Assembly: GCA_030704615.1 (NCBI GenBank)
Contig: CM060731.1
Span: 65,410,001-65,474,000 of the forward strand
Source of the DNA: Takakia lepidozioides
Taxonomy: Eukaryota > Plantae > Bryophyta
Direction: 5' to 3'
DNA length: 64,000 nt
Below the pieces are notes generated by a model that was given only the letters and a program-made list of their open reading frames with translations, had not been told where the DNA came from and did no database searches. The position numbers and the translations under genes are program-made. Shown here piece by piece: positions 62,025 through 64,000 of this stretch (its first letter is position 1; every line of letters begins with the position of its first letter).

Positions 62025-64000
62025 CTAGCCATCAGCCCGATGCAAAATAGATATGACAAAGCAACTGAAACAATGTGTTGGAGCTGCATGATGTGCAGCG
62101 TCGAAAATGAAAATATCGAGAGTAGGACGTGAGCGTGGGTCATAGATATGGTTGCTCACGCAGTACATGATACCCTGCCTCCCAGCAATAGATGTCACCG
62201 CATCGCGAACCATATCATAAGACGCAGCGCTCACCACCACATGGACAGCGGAGGAGATGGATGGCAAGGTCATCGATGGGCTGAAGACAGACGCACGTTG
62301 AAGGCCCAAGGCCGAAGGATGAGACAAACCGAGTCGAAGGCGGAGCGCAGTAGTGAAAATAGGGGATGAGAATGAAAAGGCGATAGTGGGTCGTGCTGCC
62401 AACCATGCCCCTGCTCCGGGTCCTGCGCATGATAGAAGTCGGGCTCGATGCAACTCAGAAGAAGCACTTGAGAGCATGCCGGAAAAGAAATGACGGTGTA
62501 CGCGCTCGGAAATGGACTCCTGAAGATGGTCGAGGCCTTGAGCAGCCAACTGCTCAAATGGTGGTAGACATGCTCGCGCCAGTGCCGGAAGAAGATCTCG
62601 TGCAGAGCGGAGATGCTGCTGGAAGGGTAAAATGTCACTGTCGACATGTGTAACGGCGTCCATAAGGATGGGACGATGGTCACAGAGAAATCATGAAGCG
62701 AGGGCTGGCGCCACCAACGCCCAACTGTCGATGAAAGCTGACGGGGCGGTAGTGACAGTGGACAAAAGACCCACACCACCGGAAGAGACGGCAGGTGGCT
62801 TGCTGTCGTGGCAAAAGTCCCTGAGCACCCTCCAGAGCTCCTGGTCCTAACAATCTCCCGAAGATAGTTATCATGGTAGTATTAAACCCAGATAAGAGGT
62901 GTAGGAAATCTGGGCTGGGTGGAACAGTGCGCAAGAGATATGAGTGACGCTGAAGGAAACATTTGGTCAAGATTCCATATGCTACATGTACATCTCCGAG
63001 CCTAGGAAGGAGATCGGTGTGGGTGGCATCCTGGTGGAGTGCATCGGAGTGCATCTTCCAAGAAGGACGTTGTGAATTGGGTGCCAAAAGGGACTCCCAG
63101 GATTCTGATGTCATTGGGCGGAACAATGAAGTGAGCATGGAGGACAAAATCTGCAGGGAAACCGGACGGAGACCACACCGCACATTTGCGAGGTTGCACT
63201 GAAAAGCCCACGGCAGAGAGTTGGGTGACAAAATGATGGTAAGCTGAAAGTACCTGTGAGGCAGGGCCTACAATGCGTGTCGTCTGCCATCGACGGAAAA
63301 AGACAAGATGAGTATACTTGTGCAGAAGCCGTGAGGGCGCGACATGAGCCATGGCAAACAAAGGTCCTCGTAAAGGGTCGCCTTGGCGGGTCCCAACCTC
63401 AGACTGAAAGCACTCACCTAGGCGAGAATGATGACTGTAGTATAGGGGAGTGGTGGATGCATAGAGTAATCGAACAAACGGAATGAGCTGGTGGAAATCT
63501 CCTCCGACTGAACGGAGCTCCTGAAAGATAGCCGCTCGTGACACAGTGTTGAAAGCGTTGGTGATGTCGACCTGGAGAACCACCCAATCCGGATGAAGAT
63601 CAAGAGCTGCACAAATCCCCTGAACCACCGCCTCGCAACCTCCTGGAGTGGCGACCCTGAACTGGTGTGGAAAGAGGTGTCCGGAGAAGGCATCTCGAAA
63701 CTGAAGACAAAGTGAGCAGCTGACAAGGCGGTAAAGACCTCTCCAACTACGATAGGGCGGATGCCAGTACCTGAGGGTTTGCTCATAGCCAACAATCTGG
63801 AGGCCCCAAGGAAACGGGCCACTGGGGCAGGATACGGCCAGCAGCAATAAAGGATCAACTCTGAAATAGCTGAGAGAAGCCACTAGCAGAGTCCGGTGGA
63901 GAGAAACAGTCGCGTAAGTGCTCATACAAGTCGAAGTCCTCGACAAAGAGCGACAAATATCCTGAGCTGATGGGTGAAGGGCTTCGAGGGCAGTGACAGT
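62025..64000 (-). mobile_element. CRE-clade-like non-LTR retrotransposon (copy 3) with longer C-terminal region
   Basis: RT motifs as in copy 1, plus RARLLSCAGPGAGAWLAARP...FTTALRLRLG and a CVC...HLLRC zinc knuckle that precedes RLE domains. Confidence 0.82.

Larger units (their letters stand above)
51289..64000 (-). repeat. Segmental duplication unit, copy 3 (inverted; runs off the window)
   Basis: Reverse complement of copies 1 and 2. Confidence 0.95.

Noticed and set aside
1-64000. Most 60-120 aa ORFs in the track as independent genes
   Set aside because: They are antisense or off-frame shadows of TE and lipase sequence, intron read-throughs or low-complexity translations.

Overview
This is eukaryotic nuclear DNA, most likely from a non-seed land plant (GT-AG introns, plant-type tRNA-Phe, plant ETFQO and class-3 lipase exons); the lineage is inferred. 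It opens with a truncated ETFQO gene and a 5'-deleted hAT transposon. A ~11-12.5 kb unit (CRE-type non-LTR RT, unassigned decayed DNA, 10-exon lipase, variant tRNA-Phe, Pro/Ser-rich ORF) occurs three times: 6.5-19.2 kb, 33.7-45.2 kb (direct) and 51.3-64 kb (inverted). Two methyltransferase-like systems lie between the copies. The first is a Ty3/gypsy retrotransposon with a DNMT3-like C5 cytosine methyltransferase between protease and RT and a PHD finger at the integrase C-terminus (19.5-27.3 kb). The second is a spliced, multicopy gene joining a ParB/Srx-like (DGNHR) domain to a beta-class N4C/N6A methyltransferase-like fold, with an array of 24-bp palindromes in its largest intron (27.3-32.3 kb). 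An internally deleted chromovirus with a CAGTG TSD is at 45.2-49.1 kb, and its empty site is also in the window. Frequent 1-bp indels between near-identical copies suggest long-read errors, so many frameshifts and some rearrangements may be artefacts. All calls come from reading motifs by eye; no searches were run.
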